Assembly (NCBI GenBank): GCA_027451665.1
Contig: DAIDIW010000002.1
Coordinates: 212,254-276,253, forward strand
Source: Candidatus Kaiserbacteria bacterium
GTDB lineage: Bacteria; Patescibacteriota; Minisyncoccia; Phycocordibacterales; Phycocordibacteraceae
Length of the DNA: 64,000 nucleotides
Reading direction: 5' to 3'
Positions 48,390-59,048 of the stretch are shown here, piece after piece. Within the stretch, counting starts at the first letter, position 1; each line of letters begins with the position of its first letter. A program made the translations under genes and the position numbers. The notes under the pieces were generated by a model. The model was not told the DNA's origin and ran no database searches. It saw nothing but the letters and a program-made list of their open reading frames with translations.

Positions 48390-49283
48390 ATGTGGAGATT
48401 AATCGTCTGGTATGTGCCGATGGCTATAGCTATAACCGTCGGCCGTGTGCTCCAGGTCTGGGGCCTCGGCTACGGCCTCGCGTTCGCATGGCTTGGTTTC
48501 TGCATTTATGCAGGCTCTCTTGTGCTGAGGGAACAGGAATTCGCTGTCATCGAAAGGAATGGGGTATACCGAACGGTATACTTTCGCGGCTGGCATATCC
48601 GGGTTATTGGAGTCGATACCATCCGGAAATACGGCGATATGCGCGCGTCGGAATACGAACTCTATTCTGACGACCGCGCTACCGAAATCGACTTTACCGA
48701 CGGCGTTTCTGCACCCGTGGTAGTGAAGCTTTGGTGGCGCATCGGTAATCCCGGGCACGCTGCCGTGGGTAAGGAGGATTGGAAGGAGCTCACTGAAGCA
48801 GTACAACGGTGGACCTACCGATACCAGGACGCTCGTATCCGCGCCTTCTCACTCGTCGACGCCGAGCTTCGCCCGCGTTTACAGGCGAAGACATCGGATC
48901 AGGCATCGGTCGATCGTAACGGCATTGCTGACGAGACTGTTGCCGCAATCCGCGACAGCTTCGAAGAGATCGGCATCTATGAACCGACGGGCAAAAAACT
49001 GCTCGTTATCGAAGATATCGCCTTTTCAGAGGAGGTCATCCGGGCACGGCAGGAGGTATTGGTAGGCGACAAGCGTGCAAAGGAAATGGAAGCGGAGTCC
49101 AGTGGATACTGGAAGGCGATCAAAAGCATCTCTGAGCATCTCAATATCTCTACTGAAGAAGCACGTAAGATCTACGAAACGCAGCGCGGCCTCGACGCAT
49201 TGCGCGAGATTAAGCCGTCCATGAACTTGGTGGGTAAAGACGTAGGCAGCGTGCTGGCCACGCTAAACCTCGGATCAAAGTAG
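48390..49283 (+). CDS. SPFH/band-7 domain membrane protein
   Basis: N-terminal TMs, EFAVIERNGVY...GWH, IEDIAFSEEVIRAR coiled coil; TTGACA promoter upstream. Confidence 0.75.
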   Translation: MWRLIVWYVPMAIAITVGRVLQVWGLGYGLAFAWLGFCIYAGSLVLREQEFAVIERNGVYRTVYFRGWHIRVIGVDTIRKYGDMRASEYELYSDDRATEIDFTDGVSAPVVVKLWWRIGNPGHAAVGKEDWKELTEAVQRWTYRYQDARIRAFSLVDAELRPRLQAKTSDQASVDRNGIADETVAAIRDSFEEIGIYEPTGKKLLVIEDIAFSEEVIRARQEVLVGDKRAKEMEAESSGYWKAIKSISEHLNISTEEARKIYETQRGLDALREIKPSMNLVGKDVGSVLATLNLGSK

Positions 49284-49292
49284 GAGGATGAA

Positions 49293-49985
49293 ATGACGTT
49301 TAACATCATTTACCTGGCGATCGGGCTTCTGTTCTTAATGCTAGGCACTGTTGCTGCGCTCACGGAGTTCTCCGGGAAAACTATCGGCGGCTTCGTACGT
49401 GGCAAGATACCCTGGCGGACCGTAGGCGAGACATTACTGGTGCTTAGCACATTCGGCGAAGGCCTTTCCGGTTTCTTTCTGTTTGGCGGAGAAATTCCAC
49501 ACTGGAAAAATCCGAGCTTTGCCGAAGTGAGCAGCTGGGCATGGGGAACGAAGCCTGAATGGCTGCCACTCTTCATGTTCCTTGGCCCCGGAGTAATAGG
49601 CACCTTGATGCTTTTGCAGAAGTTTATACCTTCGTGGAAGGACTCCTGTAAGAATCTCATGTTCGTCGCTGCAGGAGTCTACGCGGGCCTCGTGTTCATC
49701 ATCCCGGCAATCTCCTGGATGATAGGAACGAGGACACCTACAGTGCCTTCCGGATTCTATGTGAATGCAGGAGCGGCTTCACCGCGTATTCCGACCAAAC
49801 CGGGATATGCGGTACAGTTTTCCGGCGCTCGCATTGAGACACACTGTCTCTACCGAGATAGCCGCCCGGAAGGCATCGTGGGGAATCCCCTTACACCCTG
49901 CTCAAATGGACCTATGTTCGCTGTCTTTGCTCGAAACATTGGCGCTGATCGCGAATATATTACCTGGCGGTACGTCCTCCGATGA
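49293..49985 (+). CDS. Hypothetical multi-pass membrane protein
   Basis: AGGAGG SD; about 4 TMs and a C-terminal soluble domain. Confidence 0.7.
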   Translation: MTFNIIYLAIGLLFLMLGTVAALTEFSGKTIGGFVRGKIPWRTVGETLLVLSTFGEGLSGFFLFGGEIPHWKNPSFAEVSSWAWGTKPEWLPLFMFLGPGVIGTLMLLQKFIPSWKDSCKNLMFVAAGVYAGLVFIIPAISWMIGTRTPTVPSGFYVNAGAASPRIPTKPGYAVQFSGARIETHCLYRDSRPEGIVGNPLTPCSNGPMFAVFARNIGADREYITWRYVLR

Positions 49986-50042
49986 ATGGAGGCCGGCCTC
50001 CGTACTTCAAAGCCGCACGACTGTTGTCGTGCGGCTTATTCT

Positions 50043-50336
50043 TTACGAGCCCGCCTGTACCGTATGCGTCGGGAGCTGAGACTGAATAGTACCGAGATTG
50101 AAGGTGCCGAGCGCGAGATTCAGGATTCCATATGCACCGAATATGATCACAAAACCGACAAGACCCCAGAGTATCGCCCTCCTCCCCTCTTCGCGCTTAT
50201 GCTCATCTGCGGCGTTCGCAATGAATTCAAATAAACCCCAGATGAATACCACGAAGGCGCCTGCGGTGAGGAGCAGGATGATTGGATTCACGATCTGGAC
50301 GACGACCCTCGTGAGAAAAGCATTCAATACGGACAT
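50043..50336 (-). CDS. VirB2/TrbC-like pilin
   Basis: FIWG...EEGRRAILWGLVGFVII. Confidence 0.8.
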   Translation of the reverse strand: MSVLNAFLTRVVVQIVNPIILLLTAGAFVVFIWGLFEFIANAADEHKREEGRRAILWGLVGFVIIFGAYGILNLALGTFNLGTIQSQLPTHTVQAGS

Positions 50337-50440
50337 GGTGCCCTAAGCATACGGCGCCGATGTCCGCGAAACAATACGCGAATAGGGAAAACCCGCGGTC
50401 TCCCGCGGGTTTCCTGCCGTGACGCTATATCCGAAATCGT

Positions 50441-50809
50441 TTACCCGCCGACCTGCACACCAGCCTGCGGCGTGCCGCCGTTAATGTTCGAGTTATTCCC
50501 GAAGGTAATCGTACCCGTGAGAATGTTCACCAATCCCCAGACCGAAACCATGACGAAGAATCCAATGAGTCCCCAGAGCATCAGGTTCCTGCCGTGCTCC
50601 TTCGGGGCTTCGCTCGTCGCCCCAAGTATGAACGTCTGGAAGGCACCCCAAAGGAACACGATGAATGCGAGAGCGAACAAGACCGGGACGATGATGTTGT
50701 TAATCGTATTGATGATGAATGATCCGACATCTGAGATATTGTTCAGAGCGGCACTCGACACGAGCGGGAGCGCAAAGGCGAGAGCTGATATAGCGAAGGC
50801 TTTTTTCAT
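50441..50809 (-). CDS. VirB2/TrbC-like pilin
   Basis: Signal peptide; FLWG...EHGRNLMLWGLIGFFVMVSVWGLV. Confidence 0.82.
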   Translation of the reverse strand: MKKAFAISALAFALPLVSSAALNNISDVGSFIINTINNIIVPVLFALAFIVFLWGAFQTFILGATSEAPKEHGRNLMLWGLIGFFVMVSVWGLVNILTGTITFGNNSNINGGTPQAGVQVGG

Positions 50810-50891
50810 AGATGAAATGAGAGGGTAACGATGTAATTGTAGCCTGCGGTATCCTCCGTACAACGGGTCCTCAGGGGCTCTGTGGATAGCC

Positions 50892-51377
50892 TTAGAGCTG
50901 CGGTGGCGTAAGGCCAGCACCTGAGGCGCTCGTGCCCACCGCACCCCCGAGGCCGAGTATCTGGATTACGACCCAAATGATGCCCCAGACGGAGAAAATG
51001 ATCACAAAGCCGGCGATGCCCCACTTGATGATTTCATGGCCCTTCTCGCGATCAGATTCGCTTGCGCCATGTATGATGTAGGCCTTCGCGACACCCCAGA
51101 GGAACACGAGGAACGCGATCGCCACCAGGACCGGCATTGCAATGCTGTTTATGACCAAGAGGATACCGCCTTTATAGAGATTGAGCTCCGTGGTATTTAT
51201 ACCGCTCGGCGCACTGCCGCTTACGTAACTCCCTGTGTTCTGATTCGGCGTGACCGTCTGCAACTGTATGGCACTGTTGTTACCCACCGTAGCTGCAGAC
51301 TGTTGCGCGTGCGCAAGCGGTACGGAAAGCAAAAGCATCAGGACAAGAGCCGGAGCAAGTAGGAAGGTCTTCTTCAT
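50892..51377 (-). CDS. VirB2/TrbC-like pilin
   Basis: Signal peptide; FLWG...EKGHEIIKWGIAGFVIIFSVWG. Confidence 0.82.
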   Translation of the reverse strand: MKKTFLLAPALVLMLLLSVPLAHAQQSAATVGNNSAIQLQTVTPNQNTGSYVSGSAPSGINTTELNLYKGGILLVINSIAMPVLVAIAFLVFLWGVAKAYIIHGASESDREKGHEIIKWGIAGFVIIFSVWGIIWVVIQILGLGGAVGTSASGAGLTPPQL

Positions 51378-51380
51378 GGC

Positions 51381-51830
51381 TCAATAGCCGACCGTGCCGG
51401 CAGAATACGAGGTCGGTGTCGGAGGCGCAGAATACCCGGCGAGCCCGAACGTGTTTGCGACGATATTCACGAGGCCCCATATCGAGACCATGACCGCAAA
51501 ACCGACGAGACCCCAGAGGATGAGCCTATGTCCGTGCTCAACAGCCGTTTCGTCGCCGCGCGAGATGATGTATGTACTCGCAACTCCCCAAAGAAACACA
51601 ATGAAAGAGATTGCGAAAACGAGCGGCACGAGCACCGCGTTAATCAGATACAGAATGGTTTGGGCGATATAACAAATCGTCGCGCCGCAGGCCGCAATGC
51701 CTGCGTTACCGCTCCCGAATGAAAAGAACCAGCTGCCATTCGAGCTCGCACCAACCGCGAATGCGGCAAACGCCGCGAACGGGGCGAGTAATGATGCCGC
51801 GAGCAGGCTTGTCCGAATGAGATTCTTCAT
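51381..51830 (-). CDS. VirB2/TrbC-like pilin
   Basis: Signal peptide; FLWG...EHGHRLILWGLVGFAVMVSIWGLV. Confidence 0.82.
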   Translation of the reverse strand: MKNLIRTSLLAASLLAPFAAFAAFAVGASSNGSWFFSFGSGNAGIAACGATICYIAQTILYLINAVLVPLVFAISFIVFLWGVASTYIISRGDETAVEHGHRLILWGLVGFAVMVSIWGLVNIVANTFGLAGYSAPPTPTSYSAGTVGY

Positions 51831-51856
51831 ACGCTGTAAGTATCGCATCTCCAGGA

Positions 51857-52150
51857 TTATCCGCCGAAGCCGAGTGTTGATAGCAGCAGATTCACGAGGC
51901 CCCATATGCTGAGAAGCACGACGATGCCAAGGAGTCCCCAGAGCGCAAACTCCCGACCCTTCTCGATCTTGCCCTCGTCGCCCTGGGAGAGCAGAAAGTA
52001 CTGGACAATTCCCCAGACGAATACCGCGAGCGCGAGCGCGAAGATTATCGGGACGATAATCGTATTGATGACACCGATAATGCCCGTCGAACCGCTGCCA
52101 ATGAATTGCTTCAAAGTGACGCCTCCCGAAGGATTGATGAAGTTCGGCAT
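51857..52150 (-). CDS. VirB2/TrbC-like pilin
   Basis: FVWG...EKGREFALWGLLGIVVLLSIWGLV. Confidence 0.8.
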   Translation of the reverse strand: MPNFINPSGGVTLKQFIGSGSTGIIGVINTIIVPIIFALALAVFVWGIVQYFLLSQGDEGKIEKGREFALWGLLGIVVLLSIWGLVNLLLSTLGFGG

Positions 52151-52151
52151 A

Positions 52152-52589
52152 CTAGCCTCCGACTGAGAGCGCCTGCACGGTCGCGGCTATGCCCTGTGCA
52201 ATCGCTTCCGCGCCGAGAAGAATAAGCGCACCCACGATGGTCCACATGAGCGCTTCCTTTGCCTGCGAGATTTTCCCGGGTTCGCCTTGCGCCGTCACAA
52301 AGAGGAAGCCGATATAGATGAGCATAAAGACGACCACCACGGCGCCAATCTTTACGAAGAACTGCAGGATATCGGTGAGAAGGACCGGGAGGCTCGTGCC
52401 GGCTCCGAGAGGGTTCAGGAGAGTGACATCCGAACCGTTATTCGCCTGACTCCCCGTGGTGTCCACCCCGGTAGTCTGTGTCTGGCTCGTGTCTGCGCCC
52501 GTGGTCTGGGTTGCCGCCTGTGTTCCCAGCGGACTACACACGACAGCGAGCGCAAAGATGAGTACACAAATGAAAATACGAGGGTTCAT
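52152..52589 (-). CDS. VirB2/TrbC-like pilin
   Basis: LLNPL, IYIGFLFVTAQGEPGKISQAKEALMWTIVGA. Confidence 0.85.
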   Translation of the reverse strand: MNPRIFICVLIFALAVVCSPLGTQAATQTTGADTSQTQTTGVDTTGSQANNGSDVTLLNPLGAGTSLPVLLTDILQFFVKIGAVVVVFMLIYIGFLFVTAQGEPGKISQAKEALMWTIVGALILLGAEAIAQGIAATVQALSVGG

Positions 52590-53896
52590 TGCAGTAACGA
52601 ATCAAGCGAACGTTCGGCAAGCGAGAGGGCTGTCGCGAGCGTCGTATTTCCCGTTATCACGTTGTTAATCATAGTCGAGAACACTTGATCGGTGTCGGAA
52701 GGCGCTGGGGACAGCCACGCGTGACTATAGAGCGCGGAAGCGTAGGCGACCGCAGCTGTCGCATCATCCGAGGGGGGCGTCGCAAGCGCAGAGCGCGTCG
52801 CCGGTGCAAGACCGGTAGCGGCGGCGCTCGACTGCTGCTCGGTCAGGTTCGTCATGAGCGCGGCCGCCTGATACGCACCCGTGCTGTTTGCGGCCCCCTT
52901 CGGGAGCATAAAAGCGTAAATACGGCCGTACGTGACCTTCGTGGTCGCGGTCGAGGGCTGCGGCAACGGACTCACTGAGAAATCCAGGTTCGGGTTGGCC
53001 TGCACGAAATAGCGCGCCTCGGAGGCATACCCGAGATAGAGCGCGAGATTACCGGCCAGGAAAACCGACTGGGAATCATCGAGCGAACCGTTCCAGGTAT
53101 ACGAGACCTTCGCAGGGTCTGCGAACTGGGTGTAGAAGCGCAGTACCGCTTGACCAGGCGGCACGCCCCCGTTCGCACTGCCGCCCAAGTCAGCGCTGAT
53201 AAGCCCGCTCGGCCCCCGCGCAGAGATGGGTACGCCCGTCTGCAGGAAGAGCGCCGAGAGTATGCCGAGCGCGTCGTGAACGTTCGAGTAGGTACCGAGA
53301 GCGATAAGTCCGCGCGTAATCTGCTGCGACGGAGTAAGCTGCGCCACCTGCGGCACGAGTCCCGTGAGGCCGTCCCAATTCGAAGGCGGCTTCGCGATTC
53401 CGTCCGAAGAGAGAATTGCGTTATTGCTGAAGAGGACGAGCGGATCTACAAGGAACGGGATGCCGTAGTAGCCACCGTCGGGCGCAGTGAAGACGGACGC
53501 ACCGTCGATGAATGTGCTCTTGAACGTATGCGCCGAGAGCTGCGATGACGGGATCTCTTCAAGGAATGGCGCGAGCGTCGCCAGTTCCTGCTGCGAGGCA
53601 AGCACGAGGTCAGGCGCATTTCCGGTCGCGATGGCGCTCGTGAGATCGTTCTTCAGATTCGCCGGATCCTTCTGAACATAGGTCACGCCCTTGAGGCTCT
53701 GGTCGCTCTTCGTGGCTTGCGTGAGTGCTGCGGCCATATCGCTTTTCGACAAGGTGCCCCATATGAGGACCGTCCCTACCTGACTACCACCGCCTCCACC
53801 GCCTCCCGTATAGGAAGCGAACACGAACAGGCCGATTGCCGCACAGAGCGCGAAGACGCCGAGCAGGATGCCTTGGAAGAGCGAGATGTTTTTCAT
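52586..53896 (-). CDS. Extracellular solute-binding protein (sugar ABC family 1-like), no adjacent permease
   Basis: TM anchor, ATGNAPDLV, YGIPFLVDPLVLFSN, FLAGNLALY. Confidence 0.85.
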   Translation of the reverse strand: MKNISLFQGILLGVFALCAAIGLFVFASYTGGGGGGGSQVGTVLIWGTLSKSDMAAALTQATKSDQSLKGVTYVQKDPANLKNDLTSAIATGNAPDLVLASQQELATLAPFLEEIPSSQLSAHTFKSTFIDGASVFTAPDGGYYGIPFLVDPLVLFSNNAILSSDGIAKPPSNWDGLTGLVPQVAQLTPSQQITRGLIALGTYSNVHDALGILSALFLQTGVPISARGPSGLISADLGGSANGGVPPGQAVLRFYTQFADPAKVSYTWNGSLDDSQSVFLAGNLALYLGYASEARYFVQANPNLDFSVSPLPQPSTATTKVTYGRIYAFMLPKGAANSTGAYQAAALMTNLTEQQSSAAATGLAPATRSALATPPSDDATAAVAYASALYSHAWLSPAPSDTDQVFSTMINNVITGNTTLATALSLAERSLDSLLQ

Positions 53897-53898
53897 GA

Positions 53899-54438
53899 TT
53901 ATTGAGGTGCGGTGAATACGATGCCGTAATGATGCGGGCCGGCGCGGAAATCCTTCTGCTTATAGAAACCGCCGCCAATGAAGAGCTCTTCGGCTTCGTA
54001 CTCCGGAATCACCCGTTCAGGCACGGGGCCCATGCCGCCGTAGCTCCCCGCCCAGTCGACGACGAGAAGCTTGCTGCCCGGCTTCAGTACGCGCCGGAGC
54101 TCGCGCAAGAGCCCTGCGCGGTCGTCCACCTGAAATAGCGTGTTTGCAAGCACCGCCGCGTCGAGCGACCGGTCGCGCAGATGGGTGCCGCCGAGTTTCT
54201 CGACATCGCCCCAGATCGTCTCGATTGTGCGCGTGAGCCGGTCATGCGTATTCAGTTTCAGGTGTTTGAGGACGTCTTCCTGGACGTCGATCGCGTATAC
54301 TTTCCCCTGCTTCCCGACCACGTGGGCAAGCGCGCGGGCATAGTGGCCAGAGCCGGCGCCGAATTCGCCGACTTTCATGCCTTCGCTAAGGGCCATCTGC
54401 ATGACATTCTCCATCGGAGAACTGAACGCCGCACTCAT
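53899..54438 (-). CDS. Class I SAM-dependent methyltransferase
   Basis: VGEFGAGSG, VYAIDVQ, RVLKPG. Confidence 0.9.
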   Translation of the reverse strand: MSAAFSSPMENVMQMALSEGMKVGEFGAGSGHYARALAHVVGKQGKVYAIDVQEDVLKHLKLNTHDRLTRTIETIWGDVEKLGGTHLRDRSLDAAVLANTLFQVDDRAGLLRELRRVLKPGSKLLVVDWAGSYGGMGPVPERVIPEYEAEELFIGGGFYKQKDFRAGPHHYGIVFTAPQ

Positions 54439-54550
54439 GGCTCTAAAAATAGCATGGCCGCCGCTATGCGGCGTCCGTATAGGTGTGTACATGGACGGCG
54501 CATGCTCCTTGGTGTACTCTCCCCGCGGATACCGTTCAGAAAGGAACCTC

Positions 54551-54994
54551 ATGTCTCAAGATCCCGTGCGCAAAGCGCTTACGGAACTGTATCGCGCTTC
54601 ATGGAAACACGCGCAAATCTGCATCTCTCGTCGCCACTCCCTGAAGGCGCTCAAGAAAGACTCGCTCTACACTCATGCCGTTCGAGAATGCCGTTCCGTG
54701 AGCGACGCCATCGTCGCCTACCGGAAGGGCACGATTCCGACGGTGCAACACCTCCTAATCCGGAAGCAACGCTTCTTCATGCAGGAAATCCGCGTGCTCA
54801 CAAACGCGCTAGAGGAGCATGCGAGAAGAAGCCTGAGAGGTAGCTCCGTTGACCGCGATGAATACCTTGAAGCAAGGTTACAGTCTAAACTTCTGCATGA
54901 CGAACTTTGTGAAGCGCAGGCGATGATGCAGATGGTCGGGGAGGCCATGCTCGTGCTCAAGCAGCTACAAGATGCCAAACGCGCTCGCAGCTGA
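54551..54994 (+). CDS. Hypothetical helical protein
   Basis: AAGGA SD; coiled-coil-like ORF; terminator at about 55031-55064. Confidence 0.6.
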   Translation: MSQDPVRKALTELYRASWKHAQICISRRHSLKALKKDSLYTHAVRECRSVSDAIVAYRKGTIPTVQHLLIRKQRFFMQEIRVLTNALEEHARRSLRGSSVDRDEYLEARLQSKLLHDELCEAQAMMQMVGEAMLVLKQLQDAKRARS

Positions 54995-55070
54995 GCCCGC
55001 TACGTCGATTCCCCAACATACGTATATATAAAAGAACGGGCCGTCCTATGGACGGCCCGTTTTCGATTTC

Positions 55071-55279
55071 TCAATGACAGATCAGTCGCGTCGCTTCAAG
55101 CGCTACGCCCGCGAGCTCCTCGGCCGTCGTACCGAGCTCCGTCGTAGTATTTGTACGCTCCGCGAGCTCCGCCTCGGAGATATCCCTTCCATAAAACGCG
55201 AACACCATCTTCAGGGATACCGGCCCGCACATGCCCGCGCGTTCAACGTCTCCTGAAATGGCTTTACATCGAGGATCAT
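55071..55279 (-). pseudogene. Frameshifted, truncated C39-like cysteine peptidase
   Basis: MILDVKPFQETLNA / 2-bp frameshift / GMCGPVSLKMVFAFYGRDISEAELA... Confidence 0.7.
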
Positions 55280-55354
55280 GGTTCCAAGGTATTGGCCAGG
55301 TGAGTGAGCACCAGAGCGAGTAATGGAGCAGATCGTACCCTTGGAGCGCTAGCC

Positions 55355-57835
55355 CTAGAGTGCCACCATGGAGGCGATCGAATCGCCTTCGCGCATCTTC
55401 ATGATACGCACGCCCTGCGTCGCGCGACCGGCAGAGCGGATCTCGCCGATCGACGTGCGAATGACCTGTCCTTTCCTCGAGACCACCACGAGTTCGTCAT
55501 CCTTGAAATCGCCTGTGAGCACGCGCGCGCCGATGACTTCGCCGGTCTTCGGCGTCACCTCGGCGGTCTTGATGCCTGAGCCGCCGCGGCCCTGTACCTT
55601 GTATTCAGAAAGCGCCGTGTGCTTGCCGTAGCCCTTGCTCATCACGACGAGGAGCGCGGCACTTTTCGCTTTCTCGGCCGGAATGACTTCGGCGGAGACG
55701 ACCTTGTCACCCTTCTTCACCGTCATACCCTTCACGCCGCCGGCAGTGCGGCCCATCTCGCGAACGTCCTCGACGTCGAAGCGGATGGACTGCCCCTTTG
55801 CAGAAACGAGCGAGACGGTATCTTCCGGGGCCGCAGTGGCGGCGGCGATAAGCGTGTCTCCCGCTTTCAGATTGATTGCGATAATGCCGGACTTGCGGAC
55901 ATCCGAGAACGACTTCGCCGCAACGCGCTTCACGACGCCTTCCTGGGTTACGAGCACGACCGAAGACGCATCGAGCGCCGCACCCTTTGGAACTTCGAGG
56001 ATCCCAGTCACCCACTCGTCCCCTGCAAGCGGCAGGAAGTTCATGATGGACTTGCCCTTGGTCGCACGCTTCCCTTCCGGAATCTCGTACATCTTGAGCT
56101 GATACACCTTGCCCGCGGTCGTAAAGAAGAGGAGATTCGAGTGCGTATTCGCAACGAGGAAGTGGCGCACGACATCCTCTTCCTTGGTCGCGATATCGAC
56201 GACGCCCACGCCGCCGCGCTTCTGGCGGCGATACTCGGAAGGATTCGTGCGCTTCACGTAGCCGCCCTGCGTGAGCACCAGCATGCTTTCCTCGTCGGGC
56301 ACGAGGTCTTCTACGGAAATGTTCTTCACGCCGCCCTTCAGTATCTTCGTGCGCCGGTCATCGCCGTACTTGTCGGCGAGCTCGCGCAATTCGTCCTTCA
56401 CAACCGCGCGGATGTTGTCGCGCGAGGAGAGGATCTTTTTCAAGCTCTTGATGAGCTCCTGAATACTCGCAAGTTCGTCGTCGATCTTCTTGCGCTCGAG
56501 GCCGGCGAGGGTCTGCAGGCGCATCGCGAGGATGGCTGCCGTCTGCCGCTCTGAGAACTTGAACTTCTTCTGGAGCTCGAGGTCCGCGGTCGGCACGTCC
56601 TTCGCAGCCTTAATGATCCTGATGACCTCGTCGATATGATCGAGCGCCTTCGAAAGACCGAGCAAGATGTGCTCGCGCTCCTCCGCCTTGCGCAGATCGT
56701 ATTCGGTGCGCCGCTTCACCACCTCCTCTCGATGGTCGGCAAAGTGTCCGAGCATCGACGGGAGCGAGAGCATCTCCGGAACACCGTCGACGAGCGCGAG
56801 CATGTTGTAGTGGAAGGTGCTCTCAAGTTCTGTGTGCTTGTAGAGCGCATTCAGCACCGCCTGCGGATGCGCAGTGCCCTTCAACTCGATGACGATGCGA
56901 ATGTCGTCCGTGGACTCATCGCGTATATCGCGGATGCCCTCGAGCTTCTTGTCGTTCACGAGGCTCGCGATGCGCGCGATGAGGTCAGACTTCACCACGC
57001 GATACGGGATCGACGTGATGACGATCTGCATGTCCTTCTTGCTGTCGTCGATGATCTCGGCCTCGCCGCGGCAAACGACCGGCCCCTTGCCGGTGGAGTA
57101 GGCGTGCCGCATGTCGGCCTGATTGAAAGCCATGCCGCCCATCGGGAAATCCGGACCTTTCACGAACTCGAGGAGTTCGTCCGTGGTCGCGTCCGGATGG
57201 TCGATGAGATGGATCGCGGCATCCACCACCTCGCGGAGATTGTGCGGAGGGATGTTCGTCGCCATACCGACCGCGATGCCGAGCGTGCCATTCAAAAGCA
57301 GATTCGGGAGAGCGGACGGGAGCACGTGCGGCTCCTTCCGTGTCGCGTCATAGTTCGGGTCCCACTCGACCGTGTCCTTGTCGAGGTCCTGAAGGAGCGC
57401 TTCGCCCACGCGGCTCATCTTCGCTTCGGTGTAGCGCATAGCGGCCGGGCTATCCCCGTCGATTGAACCGAAATTGCCCTGGCCGATGACGAGCGGATAG
57501 CGCGTCGAGAAATCCTGCGCGAGCTTAGCCATCGCATCATACACCGCCACGTCGCCGTGCGGGTGGTACTTACCAAGCACGTCGCCCACGACCGTCGCCG
57601 ACTTGCGGAACTTCGCGGAGGCAGTGAGCCCGATGTCCTTCATCGCAAAAAGGATGCGGCGATGCACGGGCTTCAGTCCGTCGCGCACGTCCGGAAGCGC
57701 ACGACTCGTGATGACCGACATCGCGTAGTCCACATAAGACTGCCGCATCTCTGCAACGATCGGCTGATCTATGACGTTCGCCGCGGTCGGTGCCGCCGAT
57801 ACGTCCTGCGTCTTGTCTTTATCGCCTTTAGCCAT
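55355..57835 (-). CDS. gyrA: DNA gyrase subunit A
   Basis: [29 protein letters not shown], GyrA box QKRGGVG. Confidence 0.97.
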   Translation of the reverse strand: MAKGDKDKTQDVSAAPTAANVIDQPIVAEMRQSYVDYAMSVITSRALPDVRDGLKPVHRRILFAMKDIGLTASAKFRKSATVVGDVLGKYHPHGDVAVYDAMAKLAQDFSTRYPLVIGQGNFGSIDGDSPAAMRYTEAKMSRVGEALLQDLDKDTVEWDPNYDATRKEPHVLPSALPNLLLNGTLGIAVGMATNIPPHNLREVVDAAIHLIDHPDATTDELLEFVKGPDFPMGGMAFNQADMRHAYSTGKGPVVCRGEAEIIDDSKKDMQIVITSIPYRVVKSDLIARIASLVNDKKLEGIRDIRDESTDDIRIVIELKGTAHPQAVLNALYKHTELESTFHYNMLALVDGVPEMLSLPSMLGHFADHREEVVKRRTEYDLRKAEEREHILLGLSKALDHIDEVIRIIKAAKDVPTADLELQKKFKFSERQTAAILAMRLQTLAGLERKKIDDELASIQELIKSLKKILSSRDNIRAVVKDELRELADKYGDDRRTKILKGGVKNISVEDLVPDEESMLVLTQGGYVKRTNPSEYRRQKRGGVGVVDIATKEEDVVRHFLVANTHSNLLFFTTAGKVYQLKMYEIPEGKRATKGKSIMNFLPLAGDEWVTGILEVPKGAALDASSVVLVTQEGVVKRVAAKSFSDVRKSGIIAINLKAGDTLIAAATAAPEDTVSLVSAKGQSIRFDVEDVREMGRTAGGVKGMTVKKGDKVVSAEVIPAEKAKSAALLVVMSKGYGKHTALSEYKVQGRGGSGIKTAEVTPKTGEVIGARVLTGDFKDDELVVVSRKGQVIRTSIGEIRSAGRATQGVRIMKMREGDSIASMVAL

Positions 57836-57851
57836 ACCTACGAAAACGAGA

Positions 57852-58202
57852 CTAGAACGGGATTACGGTAGACGTCGCCGCGCTCGAAGTGGCGGCCGGG
57901 TTCGGCGCATTTACGATCTCGATATGCGCGCTCTGGCTCGAGCCGGAATAGAGCGCCGCTGCCGCGCCGGCGAGCTGCGTCGATTGCGGCGCGGTGGTTC
58001 CCCCCGATTCTGCCGGAGCGATGCCCGCTGCTGCCGCGAAATTGCCGTCCTTGAGCGCGTACGCATTCGTCGCAAGCGAAACGCCGAGCCATAGCAATCC
58101 GATAAACAGGGCGATACCGCCGGCCATCCCGTACGCAATCGACTTGCGCACATGATGCGGCTTTGCCTTCACGGAATCGAGCTTTTTGAAAAGGGCCTGC
58201 AT
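57852..58202 (-). CDS. Hypothetical membrane protein
   Basis: [10 protein letters not shown] then TM; co-oriented between MBL gene and gyrA. Confidence 0.7.
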   Translation of the reverse strand: MQALFKKLDSVKAKPHHVRKSIAYGMAGGIALFIGLLWLGVSLATNAYALKDGNFAAAAGIAPAESGGTTAPQSTQLAGAAAALYSGSSQSAHIEIVNAPNPAATSSAATSTVIPF

Positions 58203-58210
58203 GGTGTGAC

Positions 58211-58852
58211 CTAGGGGAGTATCACGATTATACTCCCGTCGCGTCCGACGAGATCCTTCCGCTTGAGCGTGAGCTTATCCGTCTTCTCGGTCCCGTTTCC
58301 GGATTCCTTGAGGAAAGCGTCGAGTGCTTTCGGCTGACCCATGCCGCTCCAGTGCATCGGGACGATGATCTTCGGCTCGAGCGAAACCGCAAGCTCGTGC
58401 GCGTCCGCCGGCGAAAGAACGCCCTCTCCACCCACCGGGACGAAGAGCACGTCGATCTCGTCGATGCCTTCGCGCGCGGATTTCGGCAGTTCCGTATCCG
58501 AGAGCGCGCCCAAATGCACGAGCGTCATTTCCTCAAGCTCGACCGAGTAGATGGTATTCACGCCCTTTTCCTTACCCTTCTCGAGACCGAACCGGCTGTT
58601 CGAGAGGAATCCCTGCACGGTAACGCCCGCTTTCTCGTACTCACCAGGCCCGGAGATCACAAAGGGTACCTTCTCGCCGTAAGTCACCTCCTCGGCGCCA
58701 TTCATGGCTGAGTTATCACGCGAGATGAGCGCGATATCGGCGCCGAAGCGCACAGACGGTAGCGAAGCGCCTTTCGCAATGGGGTCGAATACGAGCGTAA
58801 GATCGCCGAGGGTCACTTTGAAGCACTGACCGCCGTGATGGGTAATCACCAT
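58211..58852 (-). CDS. Metallo-beta-lactamase-fold protein
   Basis: ITHHGGQCF, VFDP, GPGEYE, IDVLFVPVGG, IVPMHW. Confidence 0.88.
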   Translation of the reverse strand: MVITHHGGQCFKVTLGDLTLVFDPIAKGASLPSVRFGADIALISRDNSAMNGAEEVTYGEKVPFVISGPGEYEKAGVTVQGFLSNSRFGLEKGKEKGVNTIYSVELEEMTLVHLGALSDTELPKSAREGIDEIDVLFVPVGGEGVLSPADAHELAVSLEPKIIVPMHWSGMGQPKALDAFLKESGNGTEKTDKLTLKRKDLVGRDGSIIVILP

Positions 58853-58934
58853 ATATGTGCATATTCTACTGCAAAAATGAGCCTCATGCTAGCGTAAGAC
58901 GAGGTGCATTCAGACGCCTAGATAAGGAGTCCCG

Positions 58935-59048
58935 ATGAGAATCATCCTCAAGAACCTCGGCGTGCGAGGAGAAGGTTGGGGTGGAGACATTCACCCGATG
59001 ACCGACGAAGGCGAGATCACCGACGGCGGCACACTCCTCTGGGTCTGA
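58935..59048 (+). CDS. Candidate 37-aa peptide
   Basis: TAAGGAG SD, MRIILKNLGVRGEGWGGDIHPMTDEGEITDGGTLLWV*, 12-bp terminator at 59074-59105. Confidence 0.5.
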   Translation: MRIILKNLGVRGEGWGGDIHPMTDEGEITDGGTLLWV

